Part shown: positions 29,559 to 39,268 of the stretch, piece by piece
How the letters are laid out: each line of letters starts with the position of its first letter
How positions within the stretch are numbered: position 1 is the stretch's first letter
NCBI GenBank assembly: GCA_048498935.1
Contig: JBEHXA010000001.1
Location: 688-64,687 of the forward strand
Length of the DNA stretch: 64,000 nt
Direction of reading: 5' to 3'
Source of the DNA: Myxococcota bacterium
Lineage (GTDB): Bacteria > Myxococcota_A > Polyangia > Polyangiales > Polyangiaceae
The notes under the pieces: model-generated
Told to the model about the DNA's origin: nothing
What the model saw: only the letters and a program-made list of their open reading frames with translations
The model's database searches: none
Made by a program: the position numbers and the translations under genes

Positions 29559-31010
29559 ATGAGCCGAGCGGGGCAGGTTCAGGGGGGCAGCCGGTTTGCC
29601 CGGCGCGGCTTGCTGCGTGGCGCCGGGGTAGCCTTGGCGTTGCCCTGGCTCGAGTCGCTCGAGCCACGCAGCGCCCGCGCTCAGGCGGGGGCGAGCCCGC
29701 TGCGCTTCGTCCCGATCTTTCAGCCCAGCGGCGTAGCCGAGTTTTGGAGGCCGCCGGTGGTGGGAGAGGGGACCGCCTGGCAGCTCTCATCGGTGCTCGA
29801 GCCGATTGGGGCATTCAAGTCGAAGGTCACGGTCATCTCGGGCCTCGAGAATGGCTCGGTCTTCAACGCGGACGGCAGCTCTTCTGTCGAGCCCGCGCAC
29901 GGTCGTCAGCCGGGTGCCTGGCTCACGTGCGTCGACTCTCGGGTGGTCACCGAGCAGCTGGGCGCGCGCGAAGGGGCCAACGGCATCTCGGTCGATCAAG
30001 TGATGGCCGCTCACCCGAACGTCGGCCAGCGGACGTACCTCGACTCCCTACAGGTCGGAATTTCGTCGGTCTACAGCTACTGCGACGGGGCGCCCTGTTC
30101 GCTCGGGCGCAGCGTCTCTTGGCGATCGCCGACTGAACCGCTCTACAAAAAGACCGATCCCCGGCAAGCGTTCGATCTTTTGGTTGGCGCGCACGCCCCC
30201 GACAAGGACGTGGCCAAGCGCATCGCCGAGCGCAAGAGCGTGCTCGACGCTGCGGCTGAGAGCGCGCGCGTGGTGCGTGCTCGGCTCAGCGCCAGCGACC
30301 AGCTGCGCCTCGATGAATACCTGGAATCGGTGCGCGACATCGAAAGGCGTATGCCGCCCATACAGCCGGGGTGCCAGCTCACCCCGCCGCCGAACTTGCT
30401 ACCCAATGCCGATCTGACGAGCGGCGATGGCTATAGCAGGTCGACCGCCACTTACTCGAAGGGCGCCCACGCCGACATGATGAACGATCTCATCGTGCTC
30501 GCCTTTCAGTGCGACGCAACGCGCATCGTCAGCTACATGCTCGAAGACGAATACTGCGAGTTTACGTACGACGAAGTGCCGCGCCGCAAGTTCAGCGCCA
30601 CCACTTCCACGCCCGACATCGGCGTCTGCGGCAACTACTCCGGCGCGCAGCACGGCAGCCAAGACGAGTACGCCACCGTCAACTGGTGGCACGTCGGCAA
30701 GGTCGCCAGCCTCTGCACCAAGCTCGCTGCCATTCAAGACATCGACGGTAAGTCGCTCCTCGATAACACCATCCTCTTCCTCGGCAGCAGCATGCACGGC
30801 TCCAACCACGCCTGCGACCAACTGCCCGCGCTCCTCATCGGCAACGGCGGCGGCACCCTGAAGACCGACCACCACATCGACCTCGTCAAGCGCCCCATGC
30901 GCGACTTCTACTTCACCCTCATGAACGACGTCTTCGGCATGGGCGTCACCGATTTCGGCGTCAACCGCACCGGCGCGCCTATCGCGCGCATCGACGCAAT
31001 GCTGGCCTAG
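29559..31010 (+). CDS. Second DUF1552 domain protein (Tat signal), no adjacent DUF1592 partner
   Basis: RRGLLRGAGVALALPWLESL, ISVDQ, SVLD, D..RLDEYLESVRDIE, AFQCDATRI, GSSMHGSNH. Confidence 0.92.
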   Translation: MSRAGQVQGGSRFARRGLLRGAGVALALPWLESLEPRSARAQAGASPLRFVPIFQPSGVAEFWRPPVVGEGTAWQLSSVLEPIGAFKSKVTVISGLENGSVFNADGSSSVEPAHGRQPGAWLTCVDSRVVTEQLGAREGANGISVDQVMAAHPNVGQRTYLDSLQVGISSVYSYCDGAPCSLGRSVSWRSPTEPLYKKTDPRQAFDLLVGAHAPDKDVAKRIAERKSVLDAAAESARVVRARLSASDQLRLDEYLESVRDIERRMPPIQPGCQLTPPPNLLPNADLTSGDGYSRSTATYSKGAHADMMNDLIVLAFQCDATRIVSYMLEDEYCEFTYDEVPRRKFSATTSTPDIGVCGNYSGAQHGSQDEYATVNWWHVGKVASLCTKLAAIQDIDGKSLLDNTILFLGSSMHGSNHACDQLPALLIGNGGGTLKTDHHIDLVKRPMRDFYFTLMNDVFGMGVTDFGVNRTGAPIARIDAMLA

Positions 31011-31387
31011 CCCTTTTCGGGTGGATCCCCCGCGTTTTCCTGCGGCTCCTCTGGCTCCTCTGGCTCCGGGGGAGCCGGATCGACATTGGAGAGCTCCAGC
31101 GCAACCTGAACCCGCTTGTGGAGCAGGGCGTGCTGGATGTTGTCGTTGACGAACTTGATGGTGCCGCCGACCGGCGACAGAATCTGCTCCTTCTTTTTGG
31201 TCCGATCCCAGGTGATCGTCGCGAGCACACCGCCGACCGAGATGCGCTTACCGGCGCCCACCTCGACGCTCCAGCTCACGAAACGCGGCGAGTGGGCTTG
31301 CAGGAAGAACTCGGGGACGAAAAATAGAGTGAGGGTTTGCGGCTCGAACGTAACGGCAGGCATCGGGTCTTTCCGTTTCTGGCTCAC
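31007..31387 (-). CDS. Hypothetical protein with biotinyl/lipoyl-like barrel-sandwich signature
   Basis: VGAGKRISVGGVLATI...ILSPVGGTIK; GTGA overlap with the phosphoesterase stop. Confidence 0.5.
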   Translation of the reverse strand: MSQKRKDPMPAVTFEPQTLTLFFVPEFFLQAHSPRFVSWSVEVGAGKRISVGGVLATITWDRTKKKEQILSPVGGTIKFVNDNIQHALLHKRVQVALELSNVDPAPPEPEEPEEPQENAGDPPEKG

Positions 31388-33150
31388 TTCGCCGGCGGCG
31401 GCGGATAGCCGATGTAGTTGTTCTCGCGACGCGCACGACGCACGCCCGTCTCGTCATCTTGGCTAGCCCAGATTGCCTGGCAAACACGGTATTCCAGGTG
31501 CACGACTTTAGCGTCGGTGGGCGCCGCGCTGGGGTCACCGCTCAGCTTGTCCGGCAAGTCGCGATGGTCGTCAAAGTCACGCAGCGCCATGAGTAGGCTC
31601 CGCTTCGTGTTCAAGCTGGGCTTGTCGCTGCCCAAGGCCGCAACTGCGTCGATATTCGAGGCGAGCTCGGCGTCCGTTCGCGCCCGGAGACCAGCCGGAA
31701 AGACGTAGCTTTCAAGCGTCGGGATGGCTGGGATGAGGCTGCCGTCCGCGCGCGGCATTCGCCCGAGCATGCGCTTGTAGCTCTGCAGCAAGGAGTCGAA
31801 AATGAGCTTGCTCGTGCCGGGGGCATCCTTGAAAGTCTTGGTGTAGTCGACGTAGTAGTCGGGGTCGCCGCGCTTCGGTTGCCATTCAGGGTTGCACTTG
31901 GGCGTGTTGTCGCCGCTCAGCTCGATTAGCATCGAGTTCGTATAGAACGCCGCCCCGCCGTCGCTTGCTGGCGGCTTCAACACACGCAGGGTGCGAAATT
32001 CCAGGGGCCAATCGATGGTTGAGCCAACGTTCAGCTCGAGCCATCCGCCGTTGTCCTCGGCATGCGAGTAATAGGTGCCGTGGTGCGTGTGCGCCGAGAC
32101 GTACAAAAGGACGCCGTACTTTCGGCGCAGCTCATCGAAAGCCTTGCGCGCGCGCGCCGTCAACGCGGAGAACGGGTGATGTCCCATCAGGACCACGACG
32201 GGCCTCGAGCCTGGATATTTGTCGACGTTTTGATAATCGACGAGCCAGCTCTTCAAGATCTCGATCTGCTCTTCGCCCAGATCACCGGTGCTGCCGGGGT
32301 TGACGTGCGGGGGCACAGGTAGCAGCCGAGGCTCATACTCGAAATTGGCGGTGTCCAGGAGCACGTACTTGACCCGCCGCGCGCCGTTCAGGGTTGCATC
32401 CAGTTCTTGAATGACGAACGACTTGTGGGGCTCGTCGTCGTCGACGTGCCACGCAATGCGCGTCAACCACGCCGCAGGGTCACTACCGGGGTAGGTCCAG
32501 TTGCCTTGCTTGCGATCCCTGCGAGTGCGGGCAAAGGTTTTGCTGCCGTCTTCGTTGGCGTTGACGCGCCCACCAAGCTGGTCGTTGACGTACCCTTCAA
32601 CGAAGGCAGCCTGATTCATCGGGCCGCCGCCGCCGTCGCAAGCGGCGACCCAATCCGACTTTTCGTTGGAGCTGCCGAAGTAGATGCCGTCATGGTTGCC
32701 GGGCGCCATGAACCAGCCGCTCTTGGCGGTGTTCATGACGCCGACGAAGCGCTGGTACTCGTCGCGACAGGCCAGGTCCATGCCGTCCCCGAGGTGGATC
32801 ACGGGAGGGGGATCGGGGTCGAGGTAGTGCACGGCAGTTTCGAGAACGGCCGGCGCGAACAAGTCGAGCTGTGGCGCGCGTATCGCCGTGGTGATGAACT
32901 GATCAACCACCCTCTGACGAATCCAAACCGGCTCCCCGTACAGGTAGTGGTCCTGATTGTCGGCCATGATGAGCGTTTCTCGCCCGATGGGGTCGGCTCC
33001 GTGCACGTCCCCGCGCATGATCGCGTAGCCGCTCGGAAAGTCCGGGCCTGGGCCGCCACCGCAACCCGACAACGCGAGAGCGACCAACCCCCGCGCGAAT
33101 CTCGTGTTGATCACATTCCCCTGAATGGCCTTCTTCGCGCAAGTTGGCAA
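31384..33150 (-). CDS. Calcineurin-like metallophosphoesterase, probable lipoprotein
   Basis: ADNQDH, HLGDGMD, PGNHDG, MGHHP and SAHTH motifs; LALSGC lipobox. Confidence 0.85.
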   Translation of the reverse strand: MPTCAKKAIQGNVINTRFARGLVALALSGCGGGPGPDFPSGYAIMRGDVHGADPIGRETLIMADNQDHYLYGEPVWIRQRVVDQFITTAIRAPQLDLFAPAVLETAVHYLDPDPPPVIHLGDGMDLACRDEYQRFVGVMNTAKSGWFMAPGNHDGIYFGSSNEKSDWVAACDGGGGPMNQAAFVEGYVNDQLGGRVNANEDGSKTFARTRRDRKQGNWTYPGSDPAAWLTRIAWHVDDDEPHKSFVIQELDATLNGARRVKYVLLDTANFEYEPRLLPVPPHVNPGSTGDLGEEQIEILKSWLVDYQNVDKYPGSRPVVVLMGHHPFSALTARARKAFDELRRKYGVLLYVSAHTHHGTYYSHAEDNGGWLELNVGSTIDWPLEFRTLRVLKPPASDGGAAFYTNSMLIELSGDNTPKCNPEWQPKRGDPDYYVDYTKTFKDAPGTSKLIFDSLLQSYKRMLGRMPRADGSLIPAIPTLESYVFPAGLRARTDAELASNIDAVAALGSDKPSLNTKRSLLMALRDFDDHRDLPDKLSGDPSAAPTDAKVVHLEYRVCQAIWASQDDETGVRRARRENNYIGYPPPPAK

Positions 33151-33295
33151 TATCCCATCGAGTCGGGATCGAGAATTGACTACGCCAGCGTGACGAGAAC
33201 GAGAGTCGTCGCGTTGCCGCGATAAGACCGCCGTTGCTCTAATAAATGACTAGCCGTGCGTGTGAAGGAGCAGGGGCCGCGTACCGCGGAGGCGC

Positions 33296-33700
33296 TCAAA
33301 CGCCGAAGCTGAAGCCCAGCATCCCGCCCTGCAAGGTCTCGTCAGTGAACACGACGTCGTAGCGAATATCGAACGTGAACAAGAAGCGGCGACCGTGCAT
33401 CGTCAAGCCCAGCAGTAGGGCAGTCAGCCTTCGCTGCTGCCACCCGCCCACTCTCGTCTGCTTGTGTGTCCCCGACAAACGGTCACCCGTTCCCGCTGCA
33501 ACGAGCTGCTAGCAAGAATTCCATGGCCAGCGCTCCTAGCATCGGACGCCCAGCCCTCGCTACGGTACTCTCTCGACCACCGGTCAGGTGGCGCGCTCTC
33601 TCGTTGCCGCGCTCTCCCAATTTTGCTCAGCGGTGCGGTAGTTCTGGGATTGGCTGAGTAAATTTGGGAGATAGGGGTGCGTCGCAGAAGGGCAGGCGCA
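33296..33700 (-). pseudogene. Possible decayed gene; the C-terminus resembles terminal strands of a beta-barrel protein
   Basis: Last ~60 codons read RFLFTFDIRYDVVFTDETLQGGMLGFSFGV-stop; the same frame upstream has several stops. Confidence 0.25.
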
Positions 33701-34109
33701 GGATCGGTTGACTCGTCGGTCGTCTCGGTGGCGCCAGCGGCGAACTTCACCCGCGCGGCGCCTTGTCATCGAACGGAATCTCGAAGCGAACGACCTTATC
33801 CATGGCAACCTTCTAGGGAGCAAGACGCCCACCCTGTGTCCGCCACGTCGCAAGCAACAATGCAATGGACCGATCAGGTCGTCTCGAACTGGACCCAATC
33901 GCATCAGCCAGCACGAACCGTTGGACCTTCCGAATCGAAAATTTCGTTGGAGCTGGGTGAGCCTACCTCCGATCGAAACGTCACGGAGTGAACAGCCCGC
34001 TGGAGCTGCAGGAAGGGCCAGCGCCTAACGATCAAATGACTAAGTCCTAACCACTCCGCGCATCGCTCTCGCGTTGTACTGTCCGTTATCCGCTGCAAGG
34101 AGCATAAGG

Positions 34110-36866
34110 ATGGTTGGTACCACTGTTGGGCTTCAGTTGCGCATATTCATGCTTGGCATCTGTGCTCTCGGAACGACAGGCTGCAGCAGCGAGGACACCC
34201 CCGAGACATCGGTGGGTCAGGTCCGACAAACACTGATCTCGGACGGGGCGCACAATTCCGGGACTGCAGGCCTCCTCTTCCTGCCGCCAATCGGCTCGCC
34301 TGGGCGACCAAAGGAATCGTTCGAGGCGCGGCTGGCGCCCCAGGTTCGCATCGATCGCATCGATCCGCGGACAGGGACTTCCCTGCAGACAATTGCCACC
34401 TTTACGGCAGCAGCGCGGGTACGCAGCGATCGAGTCCTCCGCAATCCACGGCAGGGGTTCTACATCGCTCGCTGGCAAACACGTCGCTTTGCTCTAGAAC
34501 CGGCCATTTATCGTGCTCGAATCGTTGTTGGTGGCCGCGAGCTCGGCTTCGCCGACGTGCGGGTAGTGCGTCGTGCCAAAGATTTGGATCAAGTCGACCG
34601 CAAGCAATATCTGCCGTTGCTTGACGGTCGCACCCTTCCCATTCGGTTTCGAATCGCCAAGGGCACGGTCGACCAAGACGGTGACGGCGTGTTCGATTGG
34701 GACGACAATTGTCCCACGACTCCGAACCCACCGGCGAAGGCAACGCTCGATCCACTGCCCAGCACGTTTCCGGTGCCACCCGGCTGTGACGCGGACGAAG
34801 AGGACTGCGATCCGAATGAAGTGGCCTGCAATCCCGAGACGGCCAAGCAGCTCGACACCGACGGAGATGGGAAAGGCGACGCATGCGAATGTGACGGCGT
34901 TGCGTGTGCGCTGGAGGGCGCTTGTCGCGCCGCGGGTGTGTGTGTGCCGACGACCGGAACTTGCACCAGCCCGCCGCTCCCCGACGGACAAAGCTGCGAT
35001 GATGGCAACGCATGCACCCGCGTCGACCGTTGTATATTCGGTGTCTGCACGGGCGAGAGTCCGGTTGATTGCGTGAGCGGTGACCCTTGCCAGGAACCGG
35101 CTGGTTGTGATTCGGAGACGGGGCAATGCGCGTTTGTCGCTGCGATCAACGGCACCGCTTGTGACGACGCGAACGCTTGTACTTCCGGCGATGCATGCAG
35201 CGGAGGCGTCTGCGTGGGTGCGCCAGTTGCTTGCCAGCCGGTGGACGAGTGCCACGAGGTGGGAAGCTGCGACCCCACCACGGGCGTTTGCTCGCATCCG
35301 CTGAAAGACGGCAGCTGTCAGGCCTATTCGGGGCTGCCAGTGGTCGCACTGGTCCATTCTGCCGCGGTGGTTGGTCCAGCAGGCGCCCACATCGACGTAG
35401 CTCCGGGCTTTGCTCTCGATATTCCGGTAGGTGCCCTCGATACACCCACGACTATCTCGGCTGAGCTAGCGGCTCCTTGGCCCCACGTGGCAGCGTTGGG
35501 CGAACAACTCGCGCCCGTCATCGAGCTTCGACCTCATGGACTCGAGTTCGACGAGCGAGTGCGGCTGACTCTGCCCATGCCCGCACTTGGAATCGACGCA
35601 ATTCGTGTCACCGCGATGCAGCCGGACGAAACGGAGCCGGTCCCGCTACCGATTTGGTCGGGAGCCACGCCAGGCCTTCTCTACGCAGGGCTCGATCACT
35701 TCTGCCAGATCGACGTCACCGCCATTACGGGTGCGTCGCCCGAAATGCAGCGTCTTCTCGACAAGCGGACGGGTCCCGGTACCGTGTACTCCTATACACG
35801 CGCGCAACCTAACACGGGATGCACGACGGACGGAGTCGTCGGCTTGAGTGCGCAGATCTTCGACGAGTATAACGATGTCCTCGGGGTGTTCGTTAACCCG
35901 CCCGCAAAGCTGATCGATTCAAATGGTATCGGATGGCTCAACGTCAACGTCGTTGAGCCGACATGGCCCCGACTGTCAAAGCTCGCGCGGCTCCAGGTCC
36001 CGGCAATGGCTCATCTCATCTTTGCGGACACTGATCCCCGTGCTCCGGGCTGGGGTTTCAATGTGAACTCCTCGTGGCGCTCCTTGGCCCAGCAGTTCGT
36101 GCTCTGGTCCTGCCGGGGGACGAGCGTCGTGAGCGAGCCTGGCAAGAGTCCGCATGCGGATGGACGAGCGATCGATATCGGCCCGCAGAAGTTACAGGAG
36201 CAAGTCGCGATCTGCCGGCAAGCACTGTCGATACCCGGTTCTACCGTGGCCGACGCTCTCGAGGTCGTTCATCCCGGCTGGGGCCGCATCCTCGAGGACG
36301 CGGGCTTTAGATGGTACGGCACAGCGAGGAGCACCACGGAAGAGCTCGAAAGGATTTGCGGCCCGAATAGATCGTGGTGTCCCGAATTGTCGATCGAAGC
36401 GTGCAAAGACCCGGTTCACTTCGAACAGCCGCCAACCGCAGCGCCGGAGTCACGCGACTTGAAAAGGAAGTCCGTGTTGGCTTTTCAACGGCTGTGGAAT
36501 CGGCAGCATCCTTGCGCTCAAGTCGAACTGACAAGCAACTTCGATCTCGCGACGCAAGCAGCACTCGAGGCCTCGCCGGCAGACGGGTTCACCACGCCCT
36601 TGCTGGAGGAAGATCTGCCGCGAGAAGGGGTCGAGGTGGAAGAGTGTGACTCAAGCGCGAAGCGCTGCTGTTCAGATGCCAATGGTACCGGAAACTACTG
36701 TAGTGATGATTGCAGTCCAGCGTGTCCGCCTCCCTACTATCATTGCTCTTGCAGCGCGTGTCGGTTCTCGGGCCCCACGGAGTTTTGTATCAGTGAGAGC
36801 TGCGGAATGATCGACGGTTGTTCTCAACCGCCCGTAGACTGCATGCACGACGATATTCATCCTTGA
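34110..36866 (+). CDS. Modular secreted lipoprotein: N-terminal Ig-like domain, TSP3-like Ca-binding repeats, Cys-rich repeats, ZU5, M15 Zn peptidase, PG-binding-like domain
   Basis: Lipobox TTGC; DQDGDGVFDWDDNCP and DTDGDGKGDAC; CDDGNACT repeats; VGPAG..LDIPVGAL...PHGLEF...DHFC; SWRSLAQQ, SPHADGRAID, DPVHFE; VLAFQRLWN. Confidence 0.8.
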   Translation: MVGTTVGLQLRIFMLGICALGTTGCSSEDTPETSVGQVRQTLISDGAHNSGTAGLLFLPPIGSPGRPKESFEARLAPQVRIDRIDPRTGTSLQTIATFTAAARVRSDRVLRNPRQGFYIARWQTRRFALEPAIYRARIVVGGRELGFADVRVVRRAKDLDQVDRKQYLPLLDGRTLPIRFRIAKGTVDQDGDGVFDWDDNCPTTPNPPAKATLDPLPSTFPVPPGCDADEEDCDPNEVACNPETAKQLDTDGDGKGDACECDGVACALEGACRAAGVCVPTTGTCTSPPLPDGQSCDDGNACTRVDRCIFGVCTGESPVDCVSGDPCQEPAGCDSETGQCAFVAAINGTACDDANACTSGDACSGGVCVGAPVACQPVDECHEVGSCDPTTGVCSHPLKDGSCQAYSGLPVVALVHSAAVVGPAGAHIDVAPGFALDIPVGALDTPTTISAELAAPWPHVAALGEQLAPVIELRPHGLEFDERVRLTLPMPALGIDAIRVTAMQPDETEPVPLPIWSGATPGLLYAGLDHFCQIDVTAITGASPEMQRLLDKRTGPGTVYSYTRAQPNTGCTTDGVVGLSAQIFDEYNDVLGVFVNPPAKLIDSNGIGWLNVNVVEPTWPRLSKLARLQVPAMAHLIFADTDPRAPGWGFNVNSSWRSLAQQFVLWSCRGTSVVSEPGKSPHADGRAIDIGPQKLQEQVAICRQALSIPGSTVADALEVVHPGWGRILEDAGFRWYGTARSTTEELERICGPNRSWCPELSIEACKDPVHFEQPPTAAPESRDLKRKSVLAFQRLWNRQHPCAQVELTSNFDLATQAALEASPADGFTTPLLEEDLPREGVEVEECDSSAKRCCSDANGTGNYCSDDCSPACPPPYYHCSCSACRFSGPTEFCISESCGMIDGCSQPPVDCMHDDIHP

Positions 36867-38443
36867 TGGGCTCGTCGGGTCGGCTGCACAGCTTGGAAGA
36901 CCTCCTGAGCACCGCCATTCGCGTTGCTGCGCGTGAATGGCGCTTGATAGGTCTGGCGTTCGCGCTGGTCGCCTCGTTCATGGTGCTGATGACGTTCGCA
37001 CTGCGTCCCCAGCTGGCAGACGAGGGCGTCTATTTCTATGCCGCCCTGCGGGTGGCCCAGGGGGCTTTGCCCAACCGGGATTTCTTCTTCGCGCATCCTC
37101 CTTTTCATCTACTGCCGACCGCGCTGCTTTTCTATCTCATTGGTGGTTACAGTCTGTTTGCTGCGAAGCTTACGGTATTCGCGTGTGGCGCCGTTCAGAT
37201 TGTTGCAGTGATGTACGTCGTGGCACGACAATTCCGTGCGCAGGCAGCGATAACAGGTGGAGTCGTTGCAGCAGGCAGTTTGGTGGCGCTTTCCGAGGGC
37301 TTCCTGCGCCTCAGCTGTTATGACACGGGCGTCGTGCAGGCGACATCGCTCGCGGTTCTTTCGCTCGCGCTGCAGCTCGAGGGACGTTCGAAACTAGCTG
37401 GCGTTTGCGCCGGGCTCGCGGCGAGCTGCGCGCCGCAGTTGCTTTTACTTTCGTTGTCCATTGGTGCGTTGGCAGAGTGGCGTAAGAGCTATTGGCTAGC
37501 CTTCGGTGCTTGTGTCGCGCTCGCCGGTGCGGCTTGGCTCGGCGTTTGCGGCACAGCGGCGATTACGCAATCATTCAACTATCACTTTGCGAAAGTCTCA
37601 CCCAGCGGACATGCAAAACGCCAAGTTCTTTCGTTCTTGGTGGTGTGTTGGCCGTTGATACTCACTGGGGTCATTGTCGGCGTCTTGCCTCTGGTTAATG
37701 CCGCGCGCCGTCAGTTGCGCCGTCGCCTCCTGCTCGTTTGCGTCGCGCATGTCGTCGTGGTTGGGAACTTCACGGTTCCCTTTGGCCACTACTTCTTGCC
37801 GGTGCTACCGCTGCTCGCCCTCATCGCTGGTCTTGGCATCGGGGAGGTGATCGAAGGGCGTGACCATTGCGGATCACGACCAGCGTGGGTTCGAGCGGCG
37901 CCCGTGGCGGTAGCGCTCTTCGCGCTGTTGGCACCCAGCCCGATGACTTCGGAGCTCGCTTCGATGCGAGGGCCGTGGTCGGATGCGCCCGGCATCGGTC
38001 CTCTCAACTCCGTCGTCCAGGCCGCTTTCTGGCGCTCGGACGGCGTCGCTATAGGACCAATTAGCCGCTACCTCTGGGTCCAATCCTGCTGGCTCGACCC
38101 GACCGCCCAAGTGGTAGCCGCAATCCGAGCCGATTCGCCCGCGCGCGAGCCCACCATCCTAGGCGATAGCGTGCTGACTCCCAGCGTTGCGCTTGTTGGA
38201 GGCTTTCGAATCCTCGACGATCTAATTGACACTAACTCACAGCGCTTCAGCGCCGACCCAAGCCTCGCCTCAGAAATGGAACACAGACTCGCCGGTTCTC
38301 CCTCGACGTACGTTCTGACGACGGACGCGGGTCTCGGCAAAACATTCGCTCTGCGCCGCTACGTCACGCAGACTCGTCCCTTGCTCGCAAAATTTACCTC
38401 GACCTGCGGGCTGAAGTACTCGCTTTTCGGACCGGTTCGGTAA
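36866..38443 (+). CDS. ArnT/PMT-like (GT-C fold) multi-pass membrane glycosyltransferase
   Basis: DEGVYFYAA, RDFFFAHPP, many TM helices, HYFLPVLP; TGATG overlap with the upstream stop. Confidence 0.75.
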   Translation: MGSSGRLHSLEDLLSTAIRVAAREWRLIGLAFALVASFMVLMTFALRPQLADEGVYFYAALRVAQGALPNRDFFFAHPPFHLLPTALLFYLIGGYSLFAAKLTVFACGAVQIVAVMYVVARQFRAQAAITGGVVAAGSLVALSEGFLRLSCYDTGVVQATSLAVLSLALQLEGRSKLAGVCAGLAASCAPQLLLLSLSIGALAEWRKSYWLAFGACVALAGAAWLGVCGTAAITQSFNYHFAKVSPSGHAKRQVLSFLVVCWPLILTGVIVGVLPLVNAARRQLRRRLLLVCVAHVVVVGNFTVPFGHYFLPVLPLLALIAGLGIGEVIEGRDHCGSRPAWVRAAPVAVALFALLAPSPMTSELASMRGPWSDAPGIGPLNSVVQAAFWRSDGVAIGPISRYLWVQSCWLDPTAQVVAAIRADSPAREPTILGDSVLTPSVALVGGFRILDDLIDTNSQRFSADPSLASEMEHRLAGSPSTYVLTTDAGLGKTFALRRYVTQTRPLLAKFTSTCGLKYSLFGPVR

Positions 38444-38640
38444 CGCCACCGTCATGCGCTCAGGCTGCCAAAGCGCAGCTGCGCCTTGCAGAAGCTATCG
38501 TGGCGTCGGCGGGCAAAAGCGTCCGGTGCAAACCACCGCACCACGTCACGACGCGCCCACCGCCACTGCCATTCAACGCAGCTGAGAGCGGAGAGGGAAG
38601 CCTTCGCCTTGCGGCACAAACCCTGCAAAGGCGCGGCTTC

Positions 38641-39258
38641 ATGAACCGAATCGTTGCAGCCCTATGCCTTGGTAGCCTCGCCGCCTGCTCGCAGCAGCCC
38701 CCGGCCCAGCATGCTGAGCTGACGCCGGCGAGTGCCGAAGCAGCTCCTGTGTTGCACTCGCCACGCGATCCGGAGGCCACCGACGTCGGCCCCGATCACG
38801 CTTCGAGCACCAGCTCGCGGACCGATACTGCTCCGCACACTACCAACACCGAACCCCTACGCGACACGCATGCAACCACCGGCGCCAACGCGAACGCGAC
38901 CGACGCGCCGAGAGCGAACGCGGCAAGCGGCAGCTCCGCGCCCCTCATGCCGACCGACGGCCCCGCCGCGGACAACACCAAGCGCAACGAGCGCGACCGA
39001 GACAGCTCCGCCATCACGCCGATCGATCAGGGCAACAACGAGAGCGACCTGAAGATCACGCAGCAGATCCGCCAAGCCGTGATGGCCGACAAGTCACTCT
39101 CGTTCAACGCCAAGAACGCCAAGATCATCACCGCCAATGGCAAGGTCACACTGCGTGGCGTCGTTGCCACCGACGCAGAACGCACCGCTATCGGCAACGC
39201 CGCCACGCGCGTGGTCGGCCCAACCCAGGTCGAAAACCTGCTCGAAGTGAAGAAGTGA
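38641..39258 (+). CDS. BON-domain lipoprotein
   Basis: LAAC lipobox; ADNTKRNERDR, DQGNNESDLKITQQIRQAV, NAKIIT.NGKVTLRGVV, VENLLEV. Confidence 0.9.
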   Translation: MNRIVAALCLGSLAACSQQPPAQHAELTPASAEAAPVLHSPRDPEATDVGPDHASSTSSRTDTAPHTTNTEPLRDTHATTGANANATDAPRANAASGSSAPLMPTDGPAADNTKRNERDRDSSAITPIDQGNNESDLKITQQIRQAVMADKSLSFNAKNAKIITANGKVTLRGVVATDAERTAIGNAATRVVGPTQVENLLEVKK

Positions 39259-39268
39259 AAGGCACACC

